Source: Vicugna vicugna
Taxonomy: Eukaryota
Assembly: GCA_013265495.1 (NCBI GenBank)
Contig: MU058896.1
Coordinates: 496,001-560,000 of the forward strand
Reading direction: 5' to 3'
DNA: 64,000 bases
In this document: positions 49,100 through 61,154 of the stretch, one piece after another
How the letters are laid out: each line of letters begins with the position of its first letter
How positions within the stretch are numbered: the stretch's first letter is position 1
The notes under the pieces: model-generated
What the model was told of the DNA's origin: nothing
Database searches by the model: none
The model's input: the letters and a program-made list of their open reading frames with translations, nothing else
Program-made: the position numbers and the translations under genes

Positions 49100-49256
49100 C
49101 TTCGTCAGCCGGGTTCTGGAGCTGCTGCTGGTGGCACAGGGAGCGGAAAGTATCCTCCTCCTGCCGGATGACCCGGTGCAGGATGATCCAGGGCAGCACG
49201 GAGGAGACATGGGGCTCCTTGGGCTCCTCCTGCACAGCCATGCTGCAGTCGATGAC
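49100..49256 (-). CDS. CABIN1: CABIN1 coding exon (~exon 18), 157 nt
   Basis: ccccag|GTC ATC GAC ... GAC GAA G|gtgctg; encodes [52 protein letters not shown]. Confidence 0.95.
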
Positions 49257-49918
49257 CTGGGGTGGGGGGTGTGTCTCAGCAGGGCTGGTGCCCCAGCACC
49301 TAGCAGCATGCCGGCACGCCATAGACCAGAGCGCCACAGCCACAGCTGGCTCTGCCCTCCCTCATGCCGCCTGCAGTTCCTGATGCACCAGACACGAGGC
49401 TGACTGCTGAATGGGGCACAGGGGAGCTGACAACCCAAGGAAGGAGAGCTAGGATCAGCCTGGCTGCTGTGAGGGAAGCAAACAGGGGCCGCAGTGGGGC
49501 TTCAAGCAGGGGAGGGTCAGGTAGAAGTTTCCAGGTGAGCGGCTGTGCCAGGCCCAACCCCAGAGAGGCACCTGGGAAGCAGGGGGTGAGGGAGGAGGCG
49601 GAAGCAGTGGTCAGTGCGTCTCCAGTGACCACACCCTGGAGGGAGGCTGCCAGGGGAGGCGCGGGAGGAGCACATCCCTAGTTCTTGAAATGTGCCTCCA
49701 TGGAAGGGCAATGAGGCCCGAGGGTAGCCTGGGCTCAGCAGAGCAGTGATGCCTGCGGTGCCAAGTGCAGCCCCGTCTCTAACCCCAGACACGAGCGGCC
49801 CCGGCATGTCTGCTATCAGTGCACAACCGGCCCAGCTGCCGCAGCCAGAGAAACCCACACCCCCAAGGGGGTGCCCGCTGTGAAGGAGGGGCCGGCAGGG
49901 CAGGAAGGGGCTGGTTAC

Positions 49919-50161
49919 CTGGATGAGGTTGTTGGTGAGCCGGGTGAGGACGGCAGTGGAGGACGCCTCCTCCAGGATGCCGCCACTGCTGTCTGCCGAG
50001 AGTGCCTGCTCAATTCCCCGCAGCAGCTGGGTTACTGTGGCCACCCACTCCTCTTTGGCGGCCGCTTCAGTGGCATTGACCATCTGCTGGACTGCCTCAT
50101 TCAGAGCCACTTCAGAGCACTCGAAGCACTGCTGGTGGTCCTCCAGCCGGAGCAGGGAGTC
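49919..50161 (-). CDS. CABIN1: CABIN1 coding exon (~exon 17), 243 nt
   Basis: gtgcag|GAC TCC CTG ... ATC CAG|gtaacc; encodes [29 protein letters not shown]...[10 protein letters not shown]. Confidence 0.95.
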
Positions 50162-51622
50162 CTGCACGCGGGAGAGGGTGGGGAAAGGCGCTGTAAGGGG
50201 CGGGGAGTGGGCAGGGAGCTGGGGACAAAGGCACGAGGGGCAGCTGATCCCACCATCTAGTTGGTCCTCCCCCGAGCCGCCACCAACCGACCGCAGCTCC
50301 AGCACCATGGCTGGGGGAGTCTCCACAGGGAGGGCTGTCTGTGGAGGGGGCCTGAGCATGGCCACAGAAGGGTGGCCTTGGCTCCATCAGTCCCTGCCTC
50401 TGGATGCCAGGTCGGGGAGGCCCGCAGACAGTGCTCCGCAGAGCAGCTGGCCCAGCCCTCTGGATCCCACACCTGCTCCCACTTGCCTCCAAATCTCCCC
50501 TGCAAGCGTTGCTTCTGTCACGCTCCCCTTCCTTTGTTCCAGGTCTAGTCTGAGCCTCCTTTATCACCAGGCCAGCTGGTGAGTGGGACTCAGCCTGGCC
50601 GTGAACGCACAGAGCCGCTTCTGGGAGCCCCATCAGGCTCTGATCTCACCCCAGCCGAGAGCTACCGCCCTTAAGGTGACAGACAGGTGTGGGGCAGAAA
50701 TGCATCTGAATGCAGATCAAAACCACCTCCAGATTTCGACACCCTAACTGCCAAGATATCGGGACCTGTTTCTTTAGGGAATCAGCACTCGAGCAGGGAG
50801 GGGCCACTGAGGTGTGATGGAGCCATGGGCACAGATGTGGAGGCCACAGGACTGAGCCGACCCCTCATGACTAAAACAGGCCCGGGGCTGGGCCGCCAGA
50901 AAGTCAGAGACAAGACAGGGACATGACACCACCCTGGCACGTGAGGCCAAGGAGAGCTAAAAAGCAGAACGACCACCGATGAACACGGAAGCCTGGTCAC
51001 CAGTGGCCTTGTGACAGCCGGCACCCACCCCTGGTTTGCTGCGCCCCAGGCCCAACGCTCACAGCCGCTAACTCAGAGAATCCCCACGCCGGCCCCCAAG
51101 TGAGGACAATGCCCATCCCCACAGCAGAGGGCTGAGAGGCCGCCCAGCGCCCCGCAGACGCAGGTGCCCACCAGCTCAGGACAGAGGCGTGGGGGGAGCC
51201 CAGAGGGCACTGCTGTCCTTTCTCTTCAACCATGCCATCCTATGTGGCTATGCACCCTCTCTCCAGTCTTTACACTGTGTGGGTATTTTATCCACTTTCA
51301 CAGGGACTCGGTAGTTAATTTAGACAGTAGTAAGAGAACACAGGCAGACACACAAACGGGGGGATGGGATGGCTGGTACCCTGCTGGCTCTCCTTCCTCC
51401 TCTGCTGAGCAGAAGTTCAGAGCCAAGCGCGGGCTCACCCCAAGCCAGGCAGACCTCTAGGTTCCATTCTCCCCGCACCTTCTGACCACAACTTCCTGGC
51501 TGCCGAGGGAGCAGGTTTTTACTCCCACTTCTCTCTGTTACCTTCTTAAGGAGAATTCTCCAGAGAATAAACATGTGCAGAGCAAACAGGACAGGCGGCT
51601 GAAGGCACAGGGCAGCACACAC

Positions 51623-51817
51623 CTGCAGCAGCAGCAGCTGGGCCGGCCTCTCGGGAACAGACGTCATGAACTCTAGGTGTTTGGCCCGGTCAAGCCCGCT
51701 GGTGCACAGGGTGGGGCGGAGCAGGCGCACAACCGCCTTGTGGTCGCCAGCCTCGTAAAGCCGCTGGGTCTCCTCCAGGGACTGGCATCGCTCCAGCGAC
51801 CTCAGGTTCTTGTCAAT
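51623..51817 (-). CDS. CABIN1: CABIN1 coding exon (~exon 16), 195 nt
   Basis: ttccag|ATT GAC AAG ... CTG CAG|gtgtgt; encodes [65 protein letters not shown]. Confidence 0.95.
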
Positions 51818-52669
51818 CTGGAAAAGGCCCGGAATCGCTGCCTGACGACAAACCCCTCACAGGCTCCTTGAATGCGGCTGGGGTTTTGCATTTATCACAC
51901 CCAGACAAGGAGGACAATGAATACTTTACCAAAACCATTTCTGTTAAGGTCAAGGCATTTAAGTCTTTGAAGAATAGACATACCAAAAAAACAAAACAAC
52001 CTCAGAAGCAGAGAGGTTCCAGAAAGTATCTGCCAAAACAGTAGGGCAGCCTCGTGGTCACAGCTCAGCCAACCAGACTCCTGGAACCACAGTGTATCAG
52101 GCTGCCAGAGACCCGGCGAGGCCCTGGCCAGAGGCTGGCACTCACTACTGACCACAGAACCCTCTCCTCACAGGAGGCCCACTGTAGTCCCTGGACATCA
52201 GCAGCAGGGGTGCTGCATGTGGCCTGGCCCTGAAACCACTCCGCAGGAGTCTGAAGGCCACCTTTGGCTAGTGTGGATGCATCACAGACATGGACCTGTG
52301 GGCATGGGGCCTGAGGCTGCAGTGAGAGCAGGGTTGGAACCCCAGCCCCCTGACCCAGCCCCAGGCCCGGACCAGCACTGGCTTGCTTCTGCTGGGTGCC
52401 TCCAGCTCAGCGGGGTCGCTGCCACACACAAGCCGGAGAGCTGAGCAGCCACACTCTCAATTGTGCCGGCAGACACCCCCGCTCCCGGGACCTGCCCCCG
52501 GGCGAGCCCCCATCAGCGGCACACCTGCGAGTCCATAGTGTCCCGTGCGCCAGAGCTGCCTCTCCCGGCCTGCAGCCTGCTCTGCTCACCACGGGGGCTG
52601 CCCGCCTTGTCCTCACAGACAGGGTGGGCCTCTGACCAAGAAGACAGCAATAAACAAACGCCCACTCAC

Positions 52670-52822
52670 CTCCTCCAGGGACACGACCGAGTCATTGTGG
52701 AGGTTCGGCAGGCGGATGACGATGTCTCTGGGCTCGGCGCCCGCCTCAGCACGAACAGCCGCGGAGCTCTGCAGCATCTCCGTGCAGACATCATAGTTCT
52801 CCAGGGCCTGCTCCATGTCTCC
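52670..52822 (-). CDS. CABIN1: CABIN1 coding exon (~exon 15), 153 nt
   Basis: gtgcag|GGA GAC ATG ... GAG GAG|gtgagt; encodes [20 protein letters not shown]...[18 protein letters not shown]. Confidence 0.95.
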
Positions 52823-52934
52823 CTGCACAGGGGACGGGCACTGACTGCGCCGCCCTGCGGCCTGCCCTTCTCATCCCCCAAGACTGCGGGCCCCATGAGG
52901 GCACTTCCAGCCAAACACTGCTCTCCCCACTAAA

Positions 52935-53210
52935 AGGGCGGGCATGTAGCTGGGGCTCGGTAAGCATCTGTTGAATAAATAGCTGAGTGGATGATTCACA
53001 CCACTCTGAGGGGCGTGTCTTTAACCTCATGGTGCAGGTGAGGACACAAGACCCAGAGCAAGGCCAGGAATCTGCTCGAGACCTTGAGCGAAGGTAGCAA
53101 AGCCAGGATCAGGCCCAAATCTAGACGTAGTCCCGAGTCCAGGACTAAGTGTGGCCGTGTCCTCATTCTCCTGTAGTGCCCTGGGCACCAGTGCACAGTG
53201 CTGGGTGACA
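52935..53210. mobile_element. L2 tail plus MIR-like relic
   Basis: taagcatctgttgaataaatagctgagtggatg (L2 end) next to ggtgcaggtgaggacacaagacccagag (MIR-like). Confidence 0.5.
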
Positions 53211-53559
53211 GGCAGCCCGCACCGGCCCGCAGACAGGCTCCACCAGGAAGCCCTCCGAGAATTCACCCAGACAGGTGGCTACTCCCGTCCAGAGAGCACT
53301 GCACCTCCTTGTGCGCGCACTCAGGCTCCCAAGAAAACACACAAAGAGGCCATAATGTATGGTCTACAGGGGCATACAAGACCCCTTCCAGAGCTGCGGT
53401 TGTGCCAGGATTCCCAAGATGTGCCGATTCCCCACCATATCCACTTCCTTAAACTAAGCCCAGGCCCCAGCAGTGCCGCATGCATGCACACACCCCAACC
53501 ATGCGCCGGGCTCTCTCCCCACCGACAGGGTCCTTCCTGGAGGCCAACCACACACCAAC

Positions 53560-53747
53560 CTGCAGTGCCAGGAACCGAGCCTTCAGCCAATACACGCGGA
53601 CCACGAACTCCAGCCAGCCATCCTCAAACAGGTCCCGCTGGGACGAGGCAAACGACAGCTGCAGGAGGTCCCCCAGGAAGTGGGCTCCTGGGAAGTCAGG
53701 CCCAAACCTGCCACTTGCTGCACCCGTGGGGCAGTTCCGAGGAGACA
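53560..53747 (-). CDS. CABIN1: CABIN1 coding exon (~exon 14), 188 nt
   Basis: tttcag|TG TCT CCT ... CTG CAG|gttggt; encodes [62 protein letters not shown]. Confidence 0.95.
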
Positions 53748-54279
53748 CTGAAAACCACCAGGCCTGGAGTCAACCTCACATCCAGGGCCCACATGCCCTT
53801 CTGCTCCCAGAGGTCGCCCCAAGCCCTCGTCACACCGGCCTCAGTGCCAATGGGCGCCCTAAGCAGCAGGTGTCAGAGCCAGACAGAGACCCTGAGAGTT
53901 GGAGGACCTCGTCCCGCAGGCTGGATGTGGAGCATCTCTGTTCAGCAGGTGATGGTCTGAGTCAGAATGACCCACATCACCTAGAACAATTCCTGAGGAC
54001 ACATCAGGTGATAACCGGAGAAAACGAGCCCACATCCTTCAGTCCTGAGTAACCAGAGCAGGCACATGGCTCCCCCTGGGGCTCAGCTGCTGCCAACTGC
54101 TTCCCGAGTATCCAACGGTCTCTCGGAGCCCCTGGATCTTTCCTGGCCTGACAAGCTGACCCAGGAAATGTGCCCCCTACACAAGTAAGTCTGAATCATG
54201 ACTCAGCCTCCCCAGCCTTACTTCCTCCCAGCTGCCAAGGGTTCAGTCACCCCTACCACGGAACACAGGGCACCCCTAC

Positions 54280-54358
54280 CTGCAGAGCTTCTACCCTTGG
54301 TCAGCAGCCACTGGTCCAGCTGCAGCTCCATGCAGGAGAGAGCCATCAGCATCATGTC
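54280..54358 (-). CDS. CABIN1: CABIN1 coding exon (~exon 13), 79 nt
   Basis: ggcag|GAC ATG ATG ... TCT GCA G|gtaggg; encodes [26 protein letters not shown]. Confidence 0.94.
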
Positions 54359-55426
54359 CTGCCAGACAGGCAGCAGAGGGTCAGGAAGGGGTCAAAAAGA
54401 GGGGTTAAGGGTCAGGAGTAGAATGAACCTAAACTAAAATTTACTCTGATGAGAGCATCAATCTTCCCTCTACCTACTTTCTGCTTCATAAGTGATCAGT
54501 GGCTACTTGCCAGAATGTAATAAAAGGCTCGTGGACGGACACTGGGACAGATGTGCGAGGAGCCAGGCGACCCACCTTCAGTCCTGAGGGGCTGCCCTAT
54601 GGAAGTGGCAGCCCTGCCACCCACAACGCTCAACCCTTAAAAGTGCCAGAGGGGTCAGGTGGCTCCCGGGGCAAAGGAGGAAGCTGGGACTCAGCAGTAA
54701 GGAGACGCTGCTCTGGCCAAGTGGGCACAGCTGGGAAATGACCAGCCTGATTCGTCTGAGAATCAAACTCTTGTCTCCTCTAGCTGCTTCGCACTGCCCT
54801 AGGGGAGCAGGCCTGGTGGGCAGAAGCTGCCAGAAGGCTGCCCCTGAGGTGTCCCAGCAGAGGCCACACGGCCAGGGGCACTGACCCACATGGCCCTATG
54901 AACATGTCAACCCTGAGCTCCCCCACCTTTTGTGCCCCCAGCCAGAAATACTGCCTGGGGGCTCCGAAAGCTGCCAGGGCTGCCTCCTAGGAGTCAGCTT
55001 TCCTCCTCCAATGGGAGAAGGGCCATAGCATCCGGTTCCCCTGGGCCCCAGGAGGCACTGAGTGCAGGGGCCTGGCCAGCCGAGTGCATGTGCAGGGGGT
55101 GTCCTGTATCCGCTAGGAAACCAGTAACGGCCCGGCACCCGGATCACAGCGAGTCTGCACTCTTTCCAGATTCTCGCTGCTCTCCCACATCTCACAGACC
55201 ACCCCATCACTAGCCGTCGGAGCCCAAAGCCCTCCCCGCCAGAGTTCCCCAACCCACCACCTTGGTTCCAGCAGCAGCAGCCTCCTGAGGGCCCTGCACC
55301 CCACTCTCACCCCAACTGCATCGCATCCTCCACTCGCCCCAGGCATCTTTTTCGGCACAAACCAGCCCTATGGCCCCTGCATCACACCCACTGGGGCCCC
55401 CAGTCCGCGACGGCCCCGGCCCCAAC

Positions 55427-55644
55427 CTTGATGTGCTGGTTGCTGCAGTCCCGGAGCAGAGGGTTGGGCAGACTGGTGCTGTGCCTCCTCCAGCTGTGGT
55501 AGGTGCTGAGCACCACCTCCGCCAGGCCTGGCGGCCACCGCAGCAAAAAACGAGAGCCCATGCTCTTCAGGTAGCGCATCATCAGCTCCAGGGCGCCCCC
55601 GTTGGTCAGGTTCCCCAGCAGGAAGGCCTGCACGTCCTGCTTCT
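55427..55644 (-). CDS. CABIN1: CABIN1 coding exon (~exon 12), 218 nt
   Basis: gggcag|AG AAG CAG ... ATC AAG|gttggg; encodes [29 protein letters not shown]...[22 protein letters not shown]. Confidence 0.95.
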
Positions 55645-56086
55645 CTGCCCAGAGGAGAGAAACAGCCTGACTTGACTGAAGGCCCCTCCAGGCCAGGGCA
55701 GGGGCAGGAAGAGGTCAGCTCCCTCCCACTCCGGCCCACACCACCGTAAGCAAGTCTCTCTCAACCTCCGGGGCCACGGTGGGCACAGGTGCGGAGTGAG
55801 ACCACGCACAACAGCACCGAGCCCAGCGCCCAGCGGCCCGTCCACACGCAACAGCCGTGTCAGACACGTTCAACCGGCAGAGCCCGTGCCCTTCAGGCAG
55901 CAGGGTCAGGTGCCAGCCTGGACGGTTCAGCAGACCTACCAGCTGATCACAGAGCTCAGGCCCAAGACAAACTGAGACAGCCCCTGGACCACACTTGAAA
56001 AAAAACCCGACCCACCCCCCACCCAGAATAGCCCTTGGAGTGTTACAGGAGACCGGCAGGGAGAATTCCCACAGCTCGACTCTTAC

Positions 56087-56223
56087 CAGCTTCCATGAAC
56101 GTGGCCGAGTCAAAGGACAGCCTGTAAGGCCCAGCACTCGGGAAGCTCTCCAGTTTGGCTTCTGACTGGACTTCGTAGTTATTAAAGGGATCATCTTCCT
56201 CCTCAGGGTCCAGCTTTCTTAAC
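56087..56223 (-). CDS. CABIN1: CABIN1 coding exon (~exon 11), 137 nt
   Basis: gcgcag|G TTA AGA AAG ... GAA GCT G|gtaaga; encodes [45 protein letters not shown]. Confidence 0.94.
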
Positions 56224-58106
56224 CTGCGCGGAACGCACCAAACTCACATTCCGACACAAGCACCTGAACTCCTCCCAGGAGAAAGGAGACCTGAGATAGG
56301 CACGAGGCTATGACACACGGGCAGCAGGTCCGGGACCCGGGCCTCTCTCAGGCCCTGGTGACCTGGCCTGGCCTGTGCCCCCTTCACCCATTCCGTCAAC
56401 AGGTGATTATATGCACCCGCCCAGTCAGCTCACCTCCTAGTGGGAGGGACAGAGAGTAAGCAGACACACAAAGAACCCAAACAGGGACCAACCCCACAGA
56501 GAGCCTGTGACAGAGTCCACAGGGTACCACCCGGAGAGCAGTCAGGAAGGCTGCGCGGGGGGACGTCCATGCGAGGATGCAGGACAAGAACAGGAACAAA
56601 GGCACAGCCCGATGAGTCCCCTAGACATCCTGAGACCCAAGGGAGGGGGGCCTGGTGAGGCAAGAGAAAGCAGGGGGGCGGGTGGAGTGCAGGGCCACTC
56701 GGGGCCCTTCAGAGCGGTCCCCACGGGTCCTCAGAGAGCCTGGGCCTGGGGCAGCTTCTCTGGGCCAGCACCCCTCTCCCCATGCTGCCCAGGACCCTGC
56801 TGGAGCAGACCCTGCAGACGGACAGTCAGGGCACATCTCGCCTACCCCCTGTCCCCAGGCACTGCCCTGAGCCAGCGTCGTGTGGCTCCTGCCTGACCAT
56901 CCAAAGCAGCTGAGTGGAAATCACACAGGAAACCAGCAGTCAAAATAAAGACACAAAAGAAGGCGGACACCGTTCCACACAGGGGCCAGGGGCAAGACCC
57001 AAGTGTGGGAGACGGGAAAGGTCCCTTACACCTCCTGGCACCTTCTGCAGCTCTTCCGAAGGGAAACGGCTCCTGGTGGGGCCTGAGGAGCTGAGCAGAG
57101 GGCCTTGTGTCCCCGGCTCTCTGAGAGCAACTCCACTTCTGAGCATCTCACTTTCACCACAGAAAAACAAAGGCAACAAATCAGGAAAATCATTAATCCT
57201 GCAGCAAAACAGACTCACAACCCACCTAAAGCCCCTGGTCCTCCTCCTCCTCCACTTGGACACATCATCACTGAAACCAGCTGTCGCTGTCACAAGCCAA
57301 AATGCCAGCCGAGGACACAGGTAAGGATGCTCGCTGAGCCCACATCTTCCAAACCCCACTCCAGTACCCGTGAAAGAGTAAAATGGTACAAACGCACAAA
57401 CACAGGGATGGGAGAAGCCCAGCCAACAGGAGACATGCCATCAAATGTCAGAAGGCAAAAGCTGACCTATGGCAGAACTGAACTGCTCTCTGTACTCAGC
57501 TGGGGGTGGAAGGCGGGGCACGGAGAGGTCCAGAACTTGCCTCCCGTCCACCCCAGGAAGGCTCGGAAACCATGGGCCCTGGAGCAGCTGATGGAGGTCG
57601 GAGGTCAAGGACAAAAAGCAAGTGAAGAACCACAGAAGAGGCACAGTGCACAGTCGCACAGCTCCGGGACACCTGGCCCGTCTCCTCTGGGCACCTTCCC
57701 TGAGGAACACTGAGAACCAGGGAAACCAAGGGATGAGCCCATCACCTGAGGGAATCTCACTGAGCCTGGAGAAGCTCAGCAGTGGGGTGCCCTTCCGTGG
57801 GGGTGCCCCAGCGTCTGCACCCAAGAAGCAGCAGCCCCAGGCCCCCAGCAACAAGTCACTTCCAGCCCCACGAGGGCCAGGCAGCGCAGGGTCCTCGGAA
57901 AGATGCACAAGTCGTGGCTCCTGCCTTCAGGAGGATTCAGAGGCAGCAGCAGCAAGAAAATCCAAGATCCCGGTCCACAGAGCCCTGTGCCCGGCCGTTT
58001 GCACCGATGTCACGGGAAGACAGAGGAGGCACACAGAACGGGGGTGGCCACGGAATGAGAGACATTACGGGTGATGGAGGCTGGAGGTTTGTGAAATGCA
58101 CAGTAC

Positions 58107-58275
58107 CTGGACGGCAAGAACTTCACCAGGAGCTCCTGGAAGTCCACCCTCTCTTCTTTTTTGCACTTAGTGTTTCGGACGCGGGCAGACCGCCGCTTTG
58201 CTGTCTCCCCGCTCTCCTCTGAAATCTTCTTCCGCTTTACCCCTTTCTTGGATTTGTCTCCCCCAGAAACATCAC
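58107..58275 (-). CDS. CABIN1: CABIN1 coding exon (~exon 10), 169 nt, basic NLS-like segment
   Basis: tgaag|GT GAT GTT ... CCG TCC AG|gtactg; encodes [55 protein letters not shown](R). Confidence 0.95.
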
Positions 58276-59261
58276 CTTCACAAAGAGCGCAAGTTGAAAT
58301 CTTATAAGCAGCAAGCTCAGAAAAGGTGCCGCAAGGCACGGCAGCCTGTCATGTCTCTGCCTACACCTTTAATCTTATCTTCTCTGGCCTCCAACCAACC
58401 TCCCGTCTACTTCTCAACCACAAAGGGCCCAAGAGAAGTCCACTTCAAACCGCTCAACTCTCACACCTTTCTCAAATTCACAGGGCCCACAAGCCACATC
58501 TCAAAACTCTCTTCCACAGCTACAGACCGCCAGGGTCTCAAACTCCTATTCCTCCTCCCTCCCACCGGCTGGCCTCAGGATGAACCTGGGACAGGACAGA
58601 GCAGGCAGCGATGACCTGACATTGCCCACCGCCCACCACCCAGCGATACAATGTGGGTGAGTCATGTGACTCATACACAGAGCAGGGGTGTCATGTATGA
58701 TTAGGTCAAAAGCGAGAAACAACCACGTACATGTTCATTCAGAAACTTCCTCATCAGTGACACAGAAATCGAGGAAAGGCTTAGGACCTTCTGTCGGAAA
58801 TTATTTCCCAACTCTGATGATAATAAAAATCTATAAAACCATTCAAAAGTATACTACCCTGTGTGGTGGTAACTTCGCTGACTGTTTCTTAAAGCCAAAG
58901 AACTCAGAATGCCAGTGCACAGCAGCGCTGGGTCTGGACACAAGACAGCAACAGAGCAGAACAGCAGAGGGACCTGCCAGCTCACAGGTCACAAGTAGGG
59001 GCGAGCTTTATACCAGGACTTACCAACTGGCCATCGAGTGGTCTGAGGAGCTGCCGCCCTGAGCCCCAGCCCCTCCCTGTGGGAGCTCCATTGCTGAAGC
59101 AGCCCCTGATGGGGAGGTCCTGGGAGTAGACCCAGAAGCACCCCTGTGGGGCAGGGAGCACCAGCAGGACCCGACCCTCTGGAGAAGCCAGAGCCCCTCA
59201 ACACTCATTCCTGCTCAGCAAACGGGGTCTCCCCAGAAACCAACCCCACAGGCCAGCTCAC

Positions 59262-59551
59262 CCGTGGGAATGCCTGTCTCCAACAGGCTGGGGCTATGCA
59301 GCGGGAAGCTGGCTGTGGCCACGGGGCCATAAGGGAGCACGGGCTCTGCAAGGGTCACAGCCGGGTTGGTGCTGACAGGGCTCGGTTGGATCACGCTGAC
59401 AGGTGCCACCACCACGGAGGATGACACCGGCAGCTGGCTGGGGTCCTGGTAGTCGGAAAGGTCAATCCTCCTGCCGAGGCTGGGCCGTGGGGGCTCGCAG
59501 GTGGTGAGGTGGTTGTACGTGGCCAGCAAACTCTCCCCAAGGCACTTCCAG
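59262..59551 (-). CDS. CABIN1: CABIN1 coding exon (~exon 9), 290 nt
   Basis: ttgcag|C TGG AAG TGC ... CCC ACG G|gtgagc; encodes [37 protein letters not shown]...LLETGIPT(G). Confidence 0.94.
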
Positions 59552-59977
59552 CTGCAAAGAGAGGGTCACCATACCTGGTCAGTACCCACCATGGGTGCTC
59601 CAAGCACAGGGCCAGCCGGCCTGTGAGGATATGCAGCAGAGGCGCCCAGGGCCCTGTCTCCAGGGGGGTGGGTGGGTGGTCCCAGTTCACAGACAGCTGG
59701 TGGAACAGCTGGGCTGGACCAGGAGCCCAGCACCCCCCACCACCCCAGTCCCCAAGGGGTCTTGGCCTCAGGCATGTTCCAATCCCACCAGGCAGGCAGG
59801 GAAACCACTGACTCACTTAAAAACTCCTTCCCAACAAGGCTGAGTCTCTCAGACCTCTGTGACATCGCTCTGTGGCCACTACCCTGATTATCTGGGAGTA
59901 GGGCTGCTGACAAGGATGTGGTTTAACGGGGTGAACAGCTCGTGGGCTGGGGCCTACAGGATGTGCACTGAGACCGC

Positions 59978-60166
59978 TGTGCGTTCTGTCGTGACAGGTT
60001 GTGTGCTGCGTGTTCTGCTGTGGTAAGGTGTGGCATGTGTTATGACACATGCTATGTGCATGTTTTATCATCATGGTGTGTTCTACTGTGTGACATCTGC
60101 TCCTCTGTGTTGTGTCGTGAATCACTGTGTGTTGTGTGTTGCGCAAGACGTGTTGTGGCATGACAT
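59978..60166. repeat. Degenerate TG/CA-rich low-complexity tract
   Basis: gttgtgtgctgcgtgttctgctgtgg...tgtgtgttgtgtgttgcgc; CA-rich on the transcribed strand. Confidence 0.85.
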
Positions 60167-61004
60167 ACCCACTCACCCTTCAACAGCTTCCTGCGCCCTC
60201 AAACTGAAAACCAAGTACTCAGCCTGTGCCCCTGGGGCTGCCCCACCTCCTCTCACACCCACCTGCACTCTCCCCATGCCAGCTTGCTTTCACTTTTGCC
60301 ACAAACCTCAGGGCCTTTGCACAGGCTTCTCTCTGCCTGGCAACAACATCCGCCCATGCCCCTAGCCCCTATGCCTGATCAGTGCCCACTCCTCCATCAG
60401 ACTCCAGCTCTGGCTCTGAGCCTTTCCTGACCCCCAGAGCAGCATGGACCCCATCATGAACTCCCTCTCCTCGAGGCACCAGCCATCTTTCCACATGTGC
60501 TCCTCCTGCTGACTGAGCACCCAGGGATTGGTGTGAGGGATGGGGCCCCATCACACCGAGCCCCCAGCAAGAAGCCAGCATGCAGTGAATGTTGTGGAGG
60601 AGTGAGGATGGGCTTCAAAACCCAGAGTCTAACCAAATGAAAGCTCCTAGAAGAGATTTCTTACTTTTCCTTCCCTGCCTTGGCCCCTCACAGCCCCCAG
60701 GGACCCTCCCCAGCCCCCACCCCCTAGACGGGATGGACATCCCGACCACCGATGAAGGGAAGGGAAAGGCACCTGCCCAGAGTCCAAGAGCAGCCCAAGG
60801 AGCAGCCCACCTTCCCAACAGCGGCAGGGGTAGCTCAAGACTAGCAACAGCAGAGCCAGGCTACCTTCGACTGGGAGGAGCCCCAGCCTACTCCCTGCAG
60901 CCGGCAGCTGGCGTGTACCCAGCTCCTGCCCCGGCACCAGCCCGGTGGGACCTTGGCCCCTCCTGCATAGGGCCCCGCACCCCCAGCCCCAGCCCCGGAC
61001 CTAC

Positions 61005-61154
61005 GTGAAGAAGGGGATGGGCTGCACCAGCTTCAGATCGGGCTCCTTCTCCCGCACGGTCAGCGCCTGCCTCCGCCTCCGCAGCCCCAGGGCCTCATCC
61101 ACGATGGCCTGCGTCTCGGCCGCGCTCACCGATACATCGTGGATTGACATGTCG
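61005..61154 (-). CDS. CABIN1: CABIN1 coding exon (~exon 8), 150 nt, symmetric phase 2/2
   Basis: ctgcag|C GAC ATG TCA ATC ... TTC TTC AC|gtaggt; encodes [49 protein letters not shown](T). Confidence 0.95.

Noticed and set aside
58813-58885. TGATGA...CTGA C/D-like pair on the plus strand
   Set aside because: Antisense to the host gene, imperfect box C and no terminal stem.
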